This document shows, piece by piece, positions 11,447 to 19,838 of a stretch of 64,000 nucleotides of DNA; the stretch's first letter is position 1, and every line of letters starts with the position of its first letter. The translations under genes and the position numbers were made by a program. The DNA is taken from positions 2,908 to 66,907 of the forward strand of contig CALGZB010000023.1 of the NCBI GenBank assembly GCA_937934655.1, written 5' to 3'. The notes under the pieces are model-generated. The model did not search any database. It was given only the letters and a program-made list of their open reading frames with translations, and was not told the DNA's origin. Source of the DNA: an uncultured Acidimicrobiales bacterium (GTDB taxonomy: Bacteria; Actinomycetota; Acidimicrobiia; Acidimicrobiales; SHLQ01).

Positions 11447-12355
11447 TTGACCGCGAACGTCGAGGAGCTCATCGCCCAACTTGGGGCGCACGACTACCTC
11501 GCCGATGAGGGGTTAGCTACTGCGATCTACCTCGCCCTCGAGCTTGAGCGTCCGCTCTTGCTCGAAGGCGAAGCAGGCGTCGGGAAGACCGAAGTAGCGA
11601 AGGTGCTTTCGCGCTGGACCGGCGGCGAGCTGATCCGCCTCCAGTGCTACGAAGGCATCGACGTTCACCAAGCGGTGTACGAGTGGGATTACACCCGCCA
11701 GCTGTTGCATTTGCGGACCGCAGAGGCAACCGGAGCTGCGGTTGCCGGTGGAGCCGAGGACCTCGAAAACGAGCTGTACTCCGAGCGTTTCCTTGTGCGC
11801 CGACCACTGCTCGAGGCGATTTCGCCGCGAGCCAACGGTCTGCGGCCAGTCTTGTTGATCGATGAGGTCGACCGAGCCGACGACGAGTTTGAAGCGTTCC
11901 TTCTTGAGGTCTTGAGCGAGTACGCGATCACGGTTCCCGAGCTGGGCCGATTCGTGGCCGAAAAGCCGCCGATCGTGATTATCACCTCCAACCGGACTCG
12001 CGATGTTCACGATGCGCTGAAGCGGCGGGCGCTCTACCACTGGGTTGAGCACCCCACATTCGACCGCGAACTCGAAATTCTCCGGATGAAGGCCCCTGGG
12101 GTCCCCGAGAAGCTTGCCAAGCAAGTTGCGGCCGCCACTGCCGAGATTCGCGACCTCGGTCTGTACAAGCCACCCGGTGTCGCCGAAACCATCGATTGGG
12201 CAACGGCTCTCCATCTCATTGGCGCCGAAGGCATGACGGTCAACGCCGCCGATTCAACGCTCGGCACCCTGCTCAAATACCGCGAGGATCAAATGCGGGT
12301 CCGGGGCACGAGTCTCGAAGAGATCGTCGCGAAAGCCACCAGCCTCATCGGCTGA
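11447..12355 (+). CDS. MoxR-family AAA+ ATPase (CoxD-like)
   Basis: Walker A 'GEAGVGKTE' and Walker B 'VLLIDEVDRA'. The size (~300 aa) and the position before a VWA gene fit the family. Confidence 0.85.
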   Translation: MTANVEELIAQLGAHDYLADEGLATAIYLALELERPLLLEGEAGVGKTEVAKVLSRWTGGELIRLQCYEGIDVHQAVYEWDYTRQLLHLRTAEATGAAVAGGAEDLENELYSERFLVRRPLLEAISPRANGLRPVLLIDEVDRADDEFEAFLLEVLSEYAITVPELGRFVAEKPPIVIITSNRTRDVHDALKRRALYHWVEHPTFDRELEILRMKAPGVPEKLAKQVAAATAEIRDLGLYKPPGVAETIDWATALHLIGAEGMTVNAADSTLGTLLKYREDQMRVRGTSLEEIVAKATSLIG

Positions 12356-12372
12356 GGTTGCCGCAGGTCTCG

Positions 12373-13533
12373 ATGGCAACCCAGTCGTCAACAGACAGCG
12401 AAGTGGTGGCCGAATTCGGCTTTGAACACTACGCCATTGGTTTCGTCGACGCGCTTCGTCGGACTGGTCTTATAGTGCCGATCGGTCGGACGCTCACCTA
12501 CCTGGCGGCCATCGAAACACTCGGCGTCGCCAGCGGCGAACAGATCTACTGGGCAGGACGGGCGACGTTGCTCGATCGGCCCGAGGACACGCCGGTTTAC
12601 GATGCGGTCTATAGCTATTGGTGGCTTCACGATGCACGCGCCCTGCGGAGCAGCGCGGTCGAGATCGAGACGGTGACGGTCGCCATCGACGACGAAGACG
12701 CAGACGATGACGACGACGCCGGCCACGCCGATGATGGCGTCGATGACGACGGCGAGATCCAAGAGGTTCGGTTCAGCGCTGCCGAAGTGCTTTCGAGCAA
12801 AGACTTCGCCGAGTGCTCCGATGCCGAGATGACCGAAGTCTATGAGCTCATGGCGCGTCTACGGTTGGCCGGACCGTTCAGAGAAGCTCGTCGGCCGCAG
12901 CGCACCAATCGGCGAGCACGGCCCGACATCCGCCGTACCGTGCAACTTGCCCTACGTTCCGAAGGCGAGCCGATCCGTCGTGCGTTCGTGAAGCATGGCG
13001 AGAGGCCTCGGCGGGTGGTGTTTCTGCTCGATGTGAGCGGATCGATGGAGACCTACTCACGGGTCTTGGTGCGGTTCATCCACGCAGCGGTCGTCGGTCG
13101 CCAGAGAGTCGAGGCTTTTGCCCTCGGCACCCGGCTTACCCGTCTCACCCGCGAGTTGTCGTCTCGTGATCCAGATGCAGCCCTTACCCGAGCCGCCGAG
13201 GCAGTCGAGGATTGGTCGGGTGGCACCCGCCTAGGCGACGGACTTCGTATGTTCAACGACGAATGGGGACAGCGCGGGATGGCCCGCGGAGCGGTAGTCG
13301 TGATCCTCAGCGATGGTTGGGATCGCGGCGAACCGGAATTGATGGACGAACAGATGGGTCGACTCCACCGAGTCGCCCACTCCGTGGTGTGGGTCAACCC
13401 GCTCAAAGCCTCGCCCGGCTACGCACCCCTTGCCGCCGGTATGGCTGCAGCGATGCCCCATATCGATACCTTTATTGAAGGCCACTCGGTCGATTCGCTT
13501 GCCAACCTCGCGAAAGTTGTTGTGGATGTGTAG
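12373..13533 (+). CDS. VWA domain protein (CoxE-like)
   Basis: MIDAS motif 'VVFLLDVSGSM', an acidic D/E-rich linker, and 'WVNPLKASPGY' typical of the CoxE family. ATG at 12373 is chosen because the 12196 extension overlaps the MoxR gene. Confidence 0.8.
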   Translation: MATQSSTDSEVVAEFGFEHYAIGFVDALRRTGLIVPIGRTLTYLAAIETLGVASGEQIYWAGRATLLDRPEDTPVYDAVYSYWWLHDARALRSSAVEIETVTVAIDDEDADDDDDAGHADDGVDDDGEIQEVRFSAAEVLSSKDFAECSDAEMTEVYELMARLRLAGPFREARRPQRTNRRARPDIRRTVQLALRSEGEPIRRAFVKHGERPRRVVFLLDVSGSMETYSRVLVRFIHAAVVGRQRVEAFALGTRLTRLTRELSSRDPDAALTRAAEAVEDWSGGTRLGDGLRMFNDEWGQRGMARGAVVVILSDGWDRGEPELMDEQMGRLHRVAHSVVWVNPLKASPGYAPLAAGMAAAMPHIDTFIEGHSVDSLANLAKVVVDV

Positions 13534-13538
13534 CGCCC

Positions 13539-13877
13539 TTGGCGGACGCGTACCATGCACGTATGCGTGAGCTACTAAACGATCTTGATCGCTGGCAGAA
13601 GAAGGGCAAGAAGATTGCCGTAGCCCGCGTGATCGACCTCGAAGGATCCGGGCCCCGACTCCCTGGCGCCGCCATGGCGGTCAACGAGGACGGCGAGGTT
13701 GTCGGCTCGGTTTCGGGCGGCTGCGTCGAAGGTGCGGTTGTGGTCGAGGCACTCGAGGTCATCGAAACCGGCGAACGCCGCACCGTGACCTTTGGGTACA
13801 GCGACGACGAAGCCTTTGCCGTGGGCCTTACCTGTGGTGGGACGATCCACCTCTTTCTCGAACCTCTCGACTGGTAG
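13539..13877 (+). CDS. XdhC/CoxI-family N-terminal-domain protein
   Basis: 'GKKIAVARVIDLEGSGPRLPGAAMAVNEDGEVVGSVSGGCVEGAVV' matches XdhC_CoxI. The start is uncertain: TTG at 13539 or ATG at 13563. Confidence 0.75.
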   Translation: MADAYHARMRELLNDLDRWQKKGKKIAVARVIDLEGSGPRLPGAAMAVNEDGEVVGSVSGGCVEGAVVVEALEVIETGERRTVTFGYSDDEAFAVGLTCGGTIHLFLEPLDW

Positions 13878-13883
13878 CCGGCG

Positions 13884-14687
13884 ATGAGTGACGAAACCAC
13901 CCCGCTCTACACCGTTTTGGCTGCGGCCATTCGGGCCGAGGAACCGGTTGCGTTGGCGACCGTTATCGAAGGCCCGAACACGGGCGCCAAACTTCTCGTT
14001 ACTCCAGACTCCGACAGTCTCGGCACGCTTGGAACAGCGGGGCTCGACCGAGTTGTCGAGCGCGACGTCCTCGGCGAACTGGCATCCGGCCGCTCTGGAA
14101 TCCGCCACTACGGCGAGAACGGCGAGGCCCGCGAGGAAGCGGTGTCGGTCTTTATCGAGTCCTTTGCCGCTCCGCCGCAGATGCTGATCTTCGGGGCGGT
14201 CGACTTCACCGCTGCTCTCGGCCGGGTTGCCAAAATTCTCGGTTACCGGGTCACGGTGTGCGATGCCCGCCCGATCTTTGCGACGACGCAACGCTTTCCT
14301 ATGGCCGACCAAGTGGTCGTCGACTGGCCCAACCGTCTTCTTGAAGATGTTGGCGAGAGCCTTGGTCCACGAGACGCCGTCTGCGTACTGACCCATGACA
14401 ACAAGTTCGATGTTCCCGCTATCACCCATGCGTTGGCCACCAAGGTTGGCTACATCGGTGTCATGGGGTCGCGCCGGACCCACGAGAACCGCAGCAAACG
14501 GCTTCGTGAAGCCGGTGTCGACGACGCCGGGTTCGAACGTCTTCGTTCACCGATCGGTCTCGACTTGGGTGCTCGCACCCCCGAGGAGACCGCAATCTCA
14601 ATCTGCGCCGAGATCATTGCGCTGCGAACTGGCCGCACTGCACCGAAGCCACTTCGTGACACCGATGGTGCGATTCACCAAGAGTAA
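13884..14687 (+). CDS. XdhC-family molybdenum-cofactor insertion chaperone (XdhC_CoxI + Rossmann XdhC_C)
   Basis: 'VALATVIEGPNTGAKLLV' plus 'QMLIFGAVDFTAALGRVAKILGYRVTVCDAR' and 'YIGVMGSRRT'. Confidence 0.8.
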   Translation: MSDETTPLYTVLAAAIRAEEPVALATVIEGPNTGAKLLVTPDSDSLGTLGTAGLDRVVERDVLGELASGRSGIRHYGENGEAREEAVSVFIESFAAPPQMLIFGAVDFTAALGRVAKILGYRVTVCDARPIFATTQRFPMADQVVVDWPNRLLEDVGESLGPRDAVCVLTHDNKFDVPAITHALATKVGYIGVMGSRRTHENRSKRLREAGVDDAGFERLRSPIGLDLGARTPEETAISICAEIIALRTGRTAPKPLRDTDGAIHQE

Positions 14688-14712
14688 AGGCCCTCAGAAC
14701 GAGGAGCTCGGC

Positions 14713-15438
14713 CTACTTCCAGGCGAATACGGGTTGTTCGAGGTGATCGACCCGTTCCCCGACGTTCCCGTCGAGCCCGACCCTGGCGAACTGCAGTAGG
14801 ACGGCGCCGGTCGGTGCATGGACAACGGCTCCGCCGAGAGGCATCTGTACGACTGGCCGAGGGCTCTCCGGGATCTCGATATACCTCGGGGAGTCATCGC
14901 GTTGAAGTTGGGTGAGGCCTACCCGGTAGGTGGCGAACACTTCGGCCGGCTCGGCTTGTAGCTCAGTTCGTCCACCTCCCCAGACAACAATGGGTGTCAT
15001 GACGTAACCGGAGCGAGTGGGGTAGTCGTCGAGTAGCCCAAGAACCGACGACTGATCAAAGAGAAGGCCCACCTCTTCGTGGACCTCGCGGAGGGCGGCC
15101 TCGGTAGCCGTTTCGCCCTCATCTACTCTTCCGCCGGGCAACGCCCATTGCCGAGAGTGCGTGCTCATTCGTGCTGCTCGTCGAATCAGGAGAAAAGCGG
15201 CCCCTCCCGACACACCTTCCATCCGCTCGGCGTCCTGAAGCACTCGGTCCTGAGGGTCGAGTGCAAAGTCGGCGAGTTGGTCGACATCGGGCGCATCATG
15301 GTCGTCGCCGGGTTCAGAATCGACGAGGACAACGGCCACGGCAGCGTGGCGGCGACCTTCGAGCGGAACCTCGAGTCGGTCGTGGTTGGCAAGATTGTTG
15401 GCGATTGTCTCGCGAAGCTCGCTGGAATACGGGATCAC
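14713..15438 (-). CDS. NUDIX hydrolase (CoA-pyrophosphatase-like)
   Basis: Nudix box 'LPGGRVDEGETATEAALREVHEEVGL'. GTG at 15438 is preferred over Met at 15507 because the longer version overlaps the upstream gene by 59 nt (see the finding on the 14-bp duplication). Confidence 0.75.
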   Translation of the reverse strand: MIPYSSELRETIANNLANHDRLEVPLEGRRHAAVAVVLVDSEPGDDHDAPDVDQLADFALDPQDRVLQDAERMEGVSGGAAFLLIRRAARMSTHSRQWALPGGRVDEGETATEAALREVHEEVGLLFDQSSVLGLLDDYPTRSGYVMTPIVVWGGGRTELQAEPAEVFATYRVGLTQLQRDDSPRYIEIPESPRPVVQMPLGGAVVHAPTGAVLLQFARVGLDGNVGERVDHLEQPVFAWK

Positions 15439-15448
15439 TGTTTGGGAA

Positions 15449-15943
15449 TCACTGTTTGGGTGGGCGCACCGAGAAGCCGGCCCGCCAGTTGGTGCGGGTT
15501 TCGTCATCGATGCTGAGGCGCCAGGTGTAGCCGCGCCCGGGCTTCAGCGGAAGTGTCGCAAAGTTGATAGCTAGCGGAACGCTCAACGGTGTCCCGGCGC
15601 GCAACCCAGCCGGTCGGCCGGCCTCGAAACGGCCACCGACCATCACGGTCTTGTCGTTGGCAGCCTGCACCGAATGGCCGTCTTCGTCGAGAAGTTCGAG
15701 TTTCCACGCATGGGCAATGTTTGCCCGGTCCCAGGGCACCTGAATACGAATTGCTATGCCAACCGGTTGCGGGCGAGGTCCGAGAACCGTTAGTCCGCCG
15801 CCAAGGATGTACAGCTTGCCTTCGGACACCTGCGCCGAGTCGGCCAAAAGCACAACGGCATCGAGTAGCGACGGCGGATTATCGGGAACCGAAGGTTCGC
15901 CGGCCAATGGTGCGCCATCGGCCTCAGGGTACGGGTCAGACAT
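15449..15943 (-). CDS. Hypothetical protein (family unrecognised)
   Basis: 164-aa ORF with coding-like composition, directly upstream of the Nudix gene on the same strand. No motif recognised. Confidence 0.5.
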   Translation of the reverse strand: MSDPYPEADGAPLAGEPSVPDNPPSLLDAVVLLADSAQVSEGKLYILGGGLTVLGPRPQPVGIAIRIQVPWDRANIAHAWKLELLDEDGHSVQAANDKTVMVGGRFEAGRPAGLRAGTPLSVPLAINFATLPLKPGRGYTWRLSIDDETRTNWRAGFSVRPPKQ

Positions 15944-16003
15944 GGCTCCACCCTAGGGGACTCCGTTGACAAGCCGACCGGTGGGGGGCGCTAGGGTCTG
16001 CCG

Positions 16004-16561
16004 ATGACTACTGCTGGAGTGCTTCTCGCCGCGGGCGCGGGAAGTCGATTTCTTGGCCCGACCCACAAACTTTTGGCTGACTTTAAGGGTCGCCCGTTGG
16101 TCGAGGTCTGCCTTGAACCAATGCTGACGGCCGGTTTCGAGGAAATCATCGTGGTAACCGGTGCGATCGACCTCGACCACATTCTTCCGGCCGAGGTAAC
16201 CGTGCTGGAAAACCATGAATGGGAACGAGGTCACGCGTCGTCGCTTCAAGCAGCCGTGCACTATGCCGAGCACGCGGGCCACGATGCAATCGTTGTCGGC
16301 TTGGCCGACCAGCCTTTTGTGACCAGCGAGGCTTGGCGAGCGGTCGCTGAGGCCGAAGGTGACGTTGTCACCGCAGTTTTTGAAACGAAGCGCCGCCCGC
16401 CTGTGAAGCTCACCGACTTGGTTTGGCCACTTCTGCCAATCGATGGCGATGAAGGAGCGCGAGGGCTATTCCGATCAAGGCCCGACCTTGTTCGCGAGGT
16501 AGTTTGTACCGGAAGGCCGTTTGATATTGACACCGTGGAGGACCTTGAACGATGGACCTAA
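16004..16561 (+). CDS. MobA-like NTP transferase (molybdenum cofactor cytidylyl/guanylyl-transferase, MocA-like)
   Basis: 'AGVLLAAGAGSRFLGPTHKLLADFKGRPL' is the nucleotidyltransferase signature. Confidence 0.75.
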   Translation: MTTAGVLLAAGAGSRFLGPTHKLLADFKGRPLVEVCLEPMLTAGFEEIIVVTGAIDLDHILPAEVTVLENHEWERGHASSLQAAVHYAEHAGHDAIVVGLADQPFVTSEAWRAVAEAEGDVVTAVFETKRRPPVKLTDLVWPLLPIDGDEGARGLFRSRPDLVREVVCTGRPFDIDTVEDLERWT

Positions 16562-17271
16562 ATAACTCTTTTGAAGTAAAAGCGCCGATCGACGAGGCGT
16601 GGATCATCGTGAACGATGTCGAGCGCATCGCCCCTTGCCTCCCCGGAGCGCAGCTGCAAGAGATCGAAGGCGACGAGTACCGCGGCATCGTGAAGGTCAA
16701 GGTTGGCCCGATTACCGCGCAGTACAAAGGCGCTGCAACCTTCGTCGAGCAAGACAAAGAGAACTACCGCGTGGTTCTCAAAGGCGATGGTCGAGACACC
16801 CGGGGCGCCGGAAACGCATCGGCACTCATCACGGCCCAACTGTCCCCCGTGAGCGACAGCGTCACCAAAGTTGATGTCACCACCGATCTCACCGTAACCG
16901 GCAAGGTCGCTCAGTTCGGCCGTGGCGTTATGGCCGACATCAGTGGCAAGCTCATGGGCCAATTCGCCGACAACCTTGAGACACTTCTTGAAGAAGACGG
17001 CGTCGACGGTTCTGCCGGTGCTGATTCTGCGAGCGCCGCCCCGGCTGCTGCAGCGACCGGCGCAGCAGCCACGGCTGCCGCAACCAGCTCGTCGGCTGCG
17101 TCCAACGGATCAGCTTCCGCCGAGCCGAAGGTCCGCAAGATCGATATGGCCGAACCCGAAGCTGTCGATTTGCTCGATACCGCTGGTGCGCCGCTTATGA
17201 AGCGTGCCGCTCCAGTTGCCGGTGTGGTGCTGTTGCTTCTCATCCTGCGTCGGATCCTTGGCGGATCCTGA
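16552..17271 (+). CDS. SRPBCC protein, CoxG family, with Ala/Ser-rich linker and C-terminal membrane anchor
   Basis: 'FEVKAPIDEAWIIVNDVERIAPCLPGAQL...GIVKVKVGPI' is CoxG-like. The C-terminus 'APVAGVVLLLLILRRILGGS' is hydrophobic. Confidence 0.8.
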   Translation: MDLNNSFEVKAPIDEAWIIVNDVERIAPCLPGAQLQEIEGDEYRGIVKVKVGPITAQYKGAATFVEQDKENYRVVLKGDGRDTRGAGNASALITAQLSPVSDSVTKVDVTTDLTVTGKVAQFGRGVMADISGKLMGQFADNLETLLEEDGVDGSAGADSASAAPAAAATGAAATAAATSSSAASNGSASAEPKVRKIDMAEPEAVDLLDTAGAPLMKRAAPVAGVVLLLLILRRILGGS

Positions 17272-17782
17272 TCAAGCCGCCCCAACCCTCAGCGAGGCCG
17301 ATGCCGCGCAGAGGGTTGCCGATGTTGACGTCGTAACCGAACTCCTCGGGCGCGCCCCAGCGGGCGCGTTCGACGTCGTGGTGCGCGATGACGCAGGGAT
17401 TCCTGTGGTGATCCGAAACGCCCCACTGCTCGACAACGGTCGTCCAATGCCCACCCGCTACTGGTTGGTGGGGGCGGCAATTCGGGCCGAAATTGGCCGT
17501 ATCGAATCCGCCGGTGGCGTAAAGGCTGCCGAGGAAGCCGTGGGCCTCCCAGCTATCGCCAAAGCACATGCCGCCTACGCAGTCGAGCGCGATGCGCTGA
17601 TCGCCGACGACTACGAGGGGCCACGACCCCACGATGGGGTTGGGGGCACTCGGCGTGGCGTCAAATGTCTCCACGCCCACTACGCCTGGTACCTGGCCGG
17701 CGGCGCGGACCCGGTTGGCCAATGGGTGCAGGATCAGCTCGATGCTCGGGAAGCCGAACAAACAAAGTCGCAGGCGCAATGA
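17258..17782 (+). CDS. DUF501 domain protein
   Basis: 'VVRDDAGIPVVIRNAPLL..GRPMPTRYWLVG' and 'GVGGTRRGVKCLHAHYAWYLAGG' match DUF501. Conserved neighbour of ppx in Actinobacteria. The start is uncertain: TTG at 17258 or the ORF-track 17204. Confidence 0.7.
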   Translation: MADPDQAAPTLSEADAAQRVADVDVVTELLGRAPAGAFDVVVRDDAGIPVVIRNAPLLDNGRPMPTRYWLVGAAIRAEIGRIESAGGVKAAEEAVGLPAIAKAHAAYAVERDALIADDYEGPRPHDGVGGTRRGVKCLHAHYAWYLAGGADPVGQWVQDQLDAREAEQTKSQAQ

Positions 17783-18723
17783 CCGTTGGTTCGCTGGTCG
17801 GAGCGATCGATTGCGGCACCAACTCGACCCGCCTGCTTATCGGCGATGGTACCAACACCATCGAGCGGCGCTCCCTAATCACCGGCTTAGGTAAGGGCCT
17901 TCAAAGCTCCGGTCGACTGAGCAGTGACGCCATCGATCGCGTTGCGGATGCGTTGGCCGAATACAAGGCGTTGCTCGATCAACACGGAGTAATCGAGATT
18001 CGTGCTGTCGCAACAAGCGCGGCGCGTGATGCCTCGAATAGCGACGAATTCTTCGACCGGGCCGAGGAGATCCTTGGTGTTCGACCCGAACTCTTGTCGG
18101 GTGACGACGAGGCCAAGTTGTCGTTTGACGGAGCGACCGCCGAACTCGACCCCACCAAAGGGCCATATCTGGTTGTCGACATTGGCGGCGGCTCAACCGA
18201 GTTCGCCTTTGGTGCTTCGCGATTCGAATCCGGAATTTCTATCGATGTCGGTTGCGTTCGGCTCACTGAAACCTATATCGAGTCCGATCCGCCGCTGCCC
18301 GAAGAGCTTGTTTCCTGCTTGTCGCTAACCGAGACGTACCTTGACGATGTCGCACGGTTGCACCCGATGATGCTCAACGCCACGACAATGGTCGGCCTCG
18401 CTGGAACCATCACGGCTGCCGCCGCCATCGAACAGGGACTGCAAACCTACGACCGCGACGCGATCCACCACTTCAAACTCACCAAGGCTGCCGCGGAAGA
18501 CGTTTATCGCACCATCGTCACCGAGTCGCTCGAAGATCGACTTTTTAATCCAGGGCTCGAGCCCGAACGAGGAGAAGTCATTGTCGGTGGCCTGTGCATC
18601 CTGGTGCGAATCATGCGGTATTTCGGTATCGACGAATGCCTGGTATCGGAGTCCGACATTTTGGACGGTTTGGTACGTAGCATGATCGACGGTGACCCCG
18701 TCGAGCAGGCAGAAGCAGACTGA
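17779..18723 (+). CDS. ppx: Ppx/GppA-family exopolyphosphatase
   Basis: 'GAIDCGTNSTRLLI' and 'VVDIGGGSTEF' are the ASKHA phosphate motifs. ATGA overlap with the DUF501 stop sets the start at 17779. Confidence 0.85.
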   Translation: MTVGSLVGAIDCGTNSTRLLIGDGTNTIERRSLITGLGKGLQSSGRLSSDAIDRVADALAEYKALLDQHGVIEIRAVATSAARDASNSDEFFDRAEEILGVRPELLSGDDEAKLSFDGATAELDPTKGPYLVVDIGGGSTEFAFGASRFESGISIDVGCVRLTETYIESDPPLPEELVSCLSLTETYLDDVARLHPMMLNATTMVGLAGTITAAAAIEQGLQTYDRDAIHHFKLTKAAAEDVYRTIVTESLEDRLFNPGLEPERGEVIVGGLCILVRIMRYFGIDECLVSESDILDGLVRSMIDGDPVEQAEAD

Positions 18724-18724
18724 C

Positions 18725-19312
18725 ATGACCACACTCTTTGGCCGTCGAGTTCTGCTGCGCCCGCTGACGGTGAACGACTTCGAACAATGGCGCGAGGTTC
18801 GCCGACGCAACGCCGGTTGGCTGCTCAAGTGGGAACCGCAACGTCTGCCAAACCACCCCGACCCCATCGAAGACGTTCAGGCGTTCTCGGTGCGATGCAG
18901 CGCCCGGCAGCGAGAACGACAGGTCGGCACCGCATACGGTTTCGGGATCTTCGTCGGCGGCGCCTTCGCCGGTGAGATGAACATCTCCTCCATACAGCGC
19001 GGACCGTTCCAGAGCGCCTACATCGGCTACTGGATCGACGAAGCACATGCTGGCAATAGCTACACCCCGGAAGCATTTGTTGTGGCCGTGAAGTATGCGT
19101 TCGAGGACCTCGGACTCCACCGAGTACAGGCCTCGATTATCCCCCGCAACGCCGCCAGTCGCCGCGTAATGGAGAAACTCGGCCTCCGAAACGAAGGCAC
19201 AGCCCTCCGCTACCTAGAAATCAACGGGGTCTGGGAAGACCACGTCCGCTACGCAATAACCGCCGAAGACTGGTCAGCTCGGCGAGACGAGTTCGAAGCT
19301 AACTGGTTGTAA
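18725..19312 (+). CDS. GNAT N-acetyltransferase (RimJ/RimL-like)
   Basis: 'LLRPLTVNDFEQW', 'GYWIDEAHAGNSYTPEA' and 'LHRVQASIIPRNAASRRVMEKLGLRNEG' are typical of Acetyltransf_3. Confidence 0.8.
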   Translation: MTTLFGRRVLLRPLTVNDFEQWREVRRRNAGWLLKWEPQRLPNHPDPIEDVQAFSVRCSARQRERQVGTAYGFGIFVGGAFAGEMNISSIQRGPFQSAYIGYWIDEAHAGNSYTPEAFVVAVKYAFEDLGLHRVQASIIPRNAASRRVMEKLGLRNEGTALRYLEINGVWEDHVRYAITAEDWSARRDEFEANWL

Positions 19313-19671
19313 AATCCGAATCTGACCGGATGGGTCTTGGCCGGTACCTGGCGGCCCTTAGCGCCGATTCTGGGCTCAGCATCGCTTGGGCCCGATCGAG
19401 CTGGGGCCATCACCGTACGTTGCCGCGACGTATGCCGATAGTTGTTACTTGAGCGTTTGGTCCGGGACAGCTGTTATTGCACTTCGTGCAGACCGTTCCG
19501 CACGGAGCGGCTCGCGGCGCGCCGGCTGGTTTGTGGTTCGTCGCAAGCTTGCAGACTGTTCGGTGGCCGCAGCGCACCGGCAATCTTCTTGGGTTTGCGG
19601 GCTCTTTCCGACAGCCTGCAACGTTCCCCCTGACACCTAACCGGCTTTTTACCAGCTATGTGAGGAGGGGA

Positions 19672-19818
19672 TTAGGCGGGTGGTGCCGGCGGTGGCTTGG
19701 TGGCGATTTCAGAAGCAGCTGCCTCTAGCGAGCAAAGCGAGCCCCCGCAGGGAACTCGTGCCCGAAGGGTGCGAGTCTGCGGATGTCAGCCAACAAGACG
19801 CCGGCGGCGCCGCCCGCC
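19672..19818. mobile_element. MITE-like inverted-repeat element, or a rod-shaped structured RNA on the + strand
   Basis: The 30-nt arms 19675-19704 and 19789-19818 pair at 27 of 30 positions (hand-aligned). The element is flanked by the 8-bp direct repeat GGAGGGGA (19664-19671 and 19819-19826). It lies in a gene-free gap between convergent genes. Confidence 0.35.
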
Positions 19819-19838
19819 GGAGGGGACTACCGAACCCT

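Noticed and set aside
12196-12372. Upstream extension of the CoxE-like VWA ORF
   Set aside because: It overlaps the 3' end of the MoxR gene in another frame and is Arg/His-rich. ATG at 12373 sits just after the MoxR stop.
19313-19838. RNase P RNA, tmRNA or SRP RNA in the large gene-free gap
   Set aside because: I looked on both strands for GAGGAAAGUCCGG and ACAGAACCCGGCUUA (RNase P), GGGG..GGUUUCGAC with a GGUUCGAUUCC..CCA end (tmRNA), and CCGGAAGGAAGCAGC (SRP). Only weak partial resemblances appeared ('GGTCCGGGAC', 'AGAAGCAGC'). A covariance-model search is still needed.
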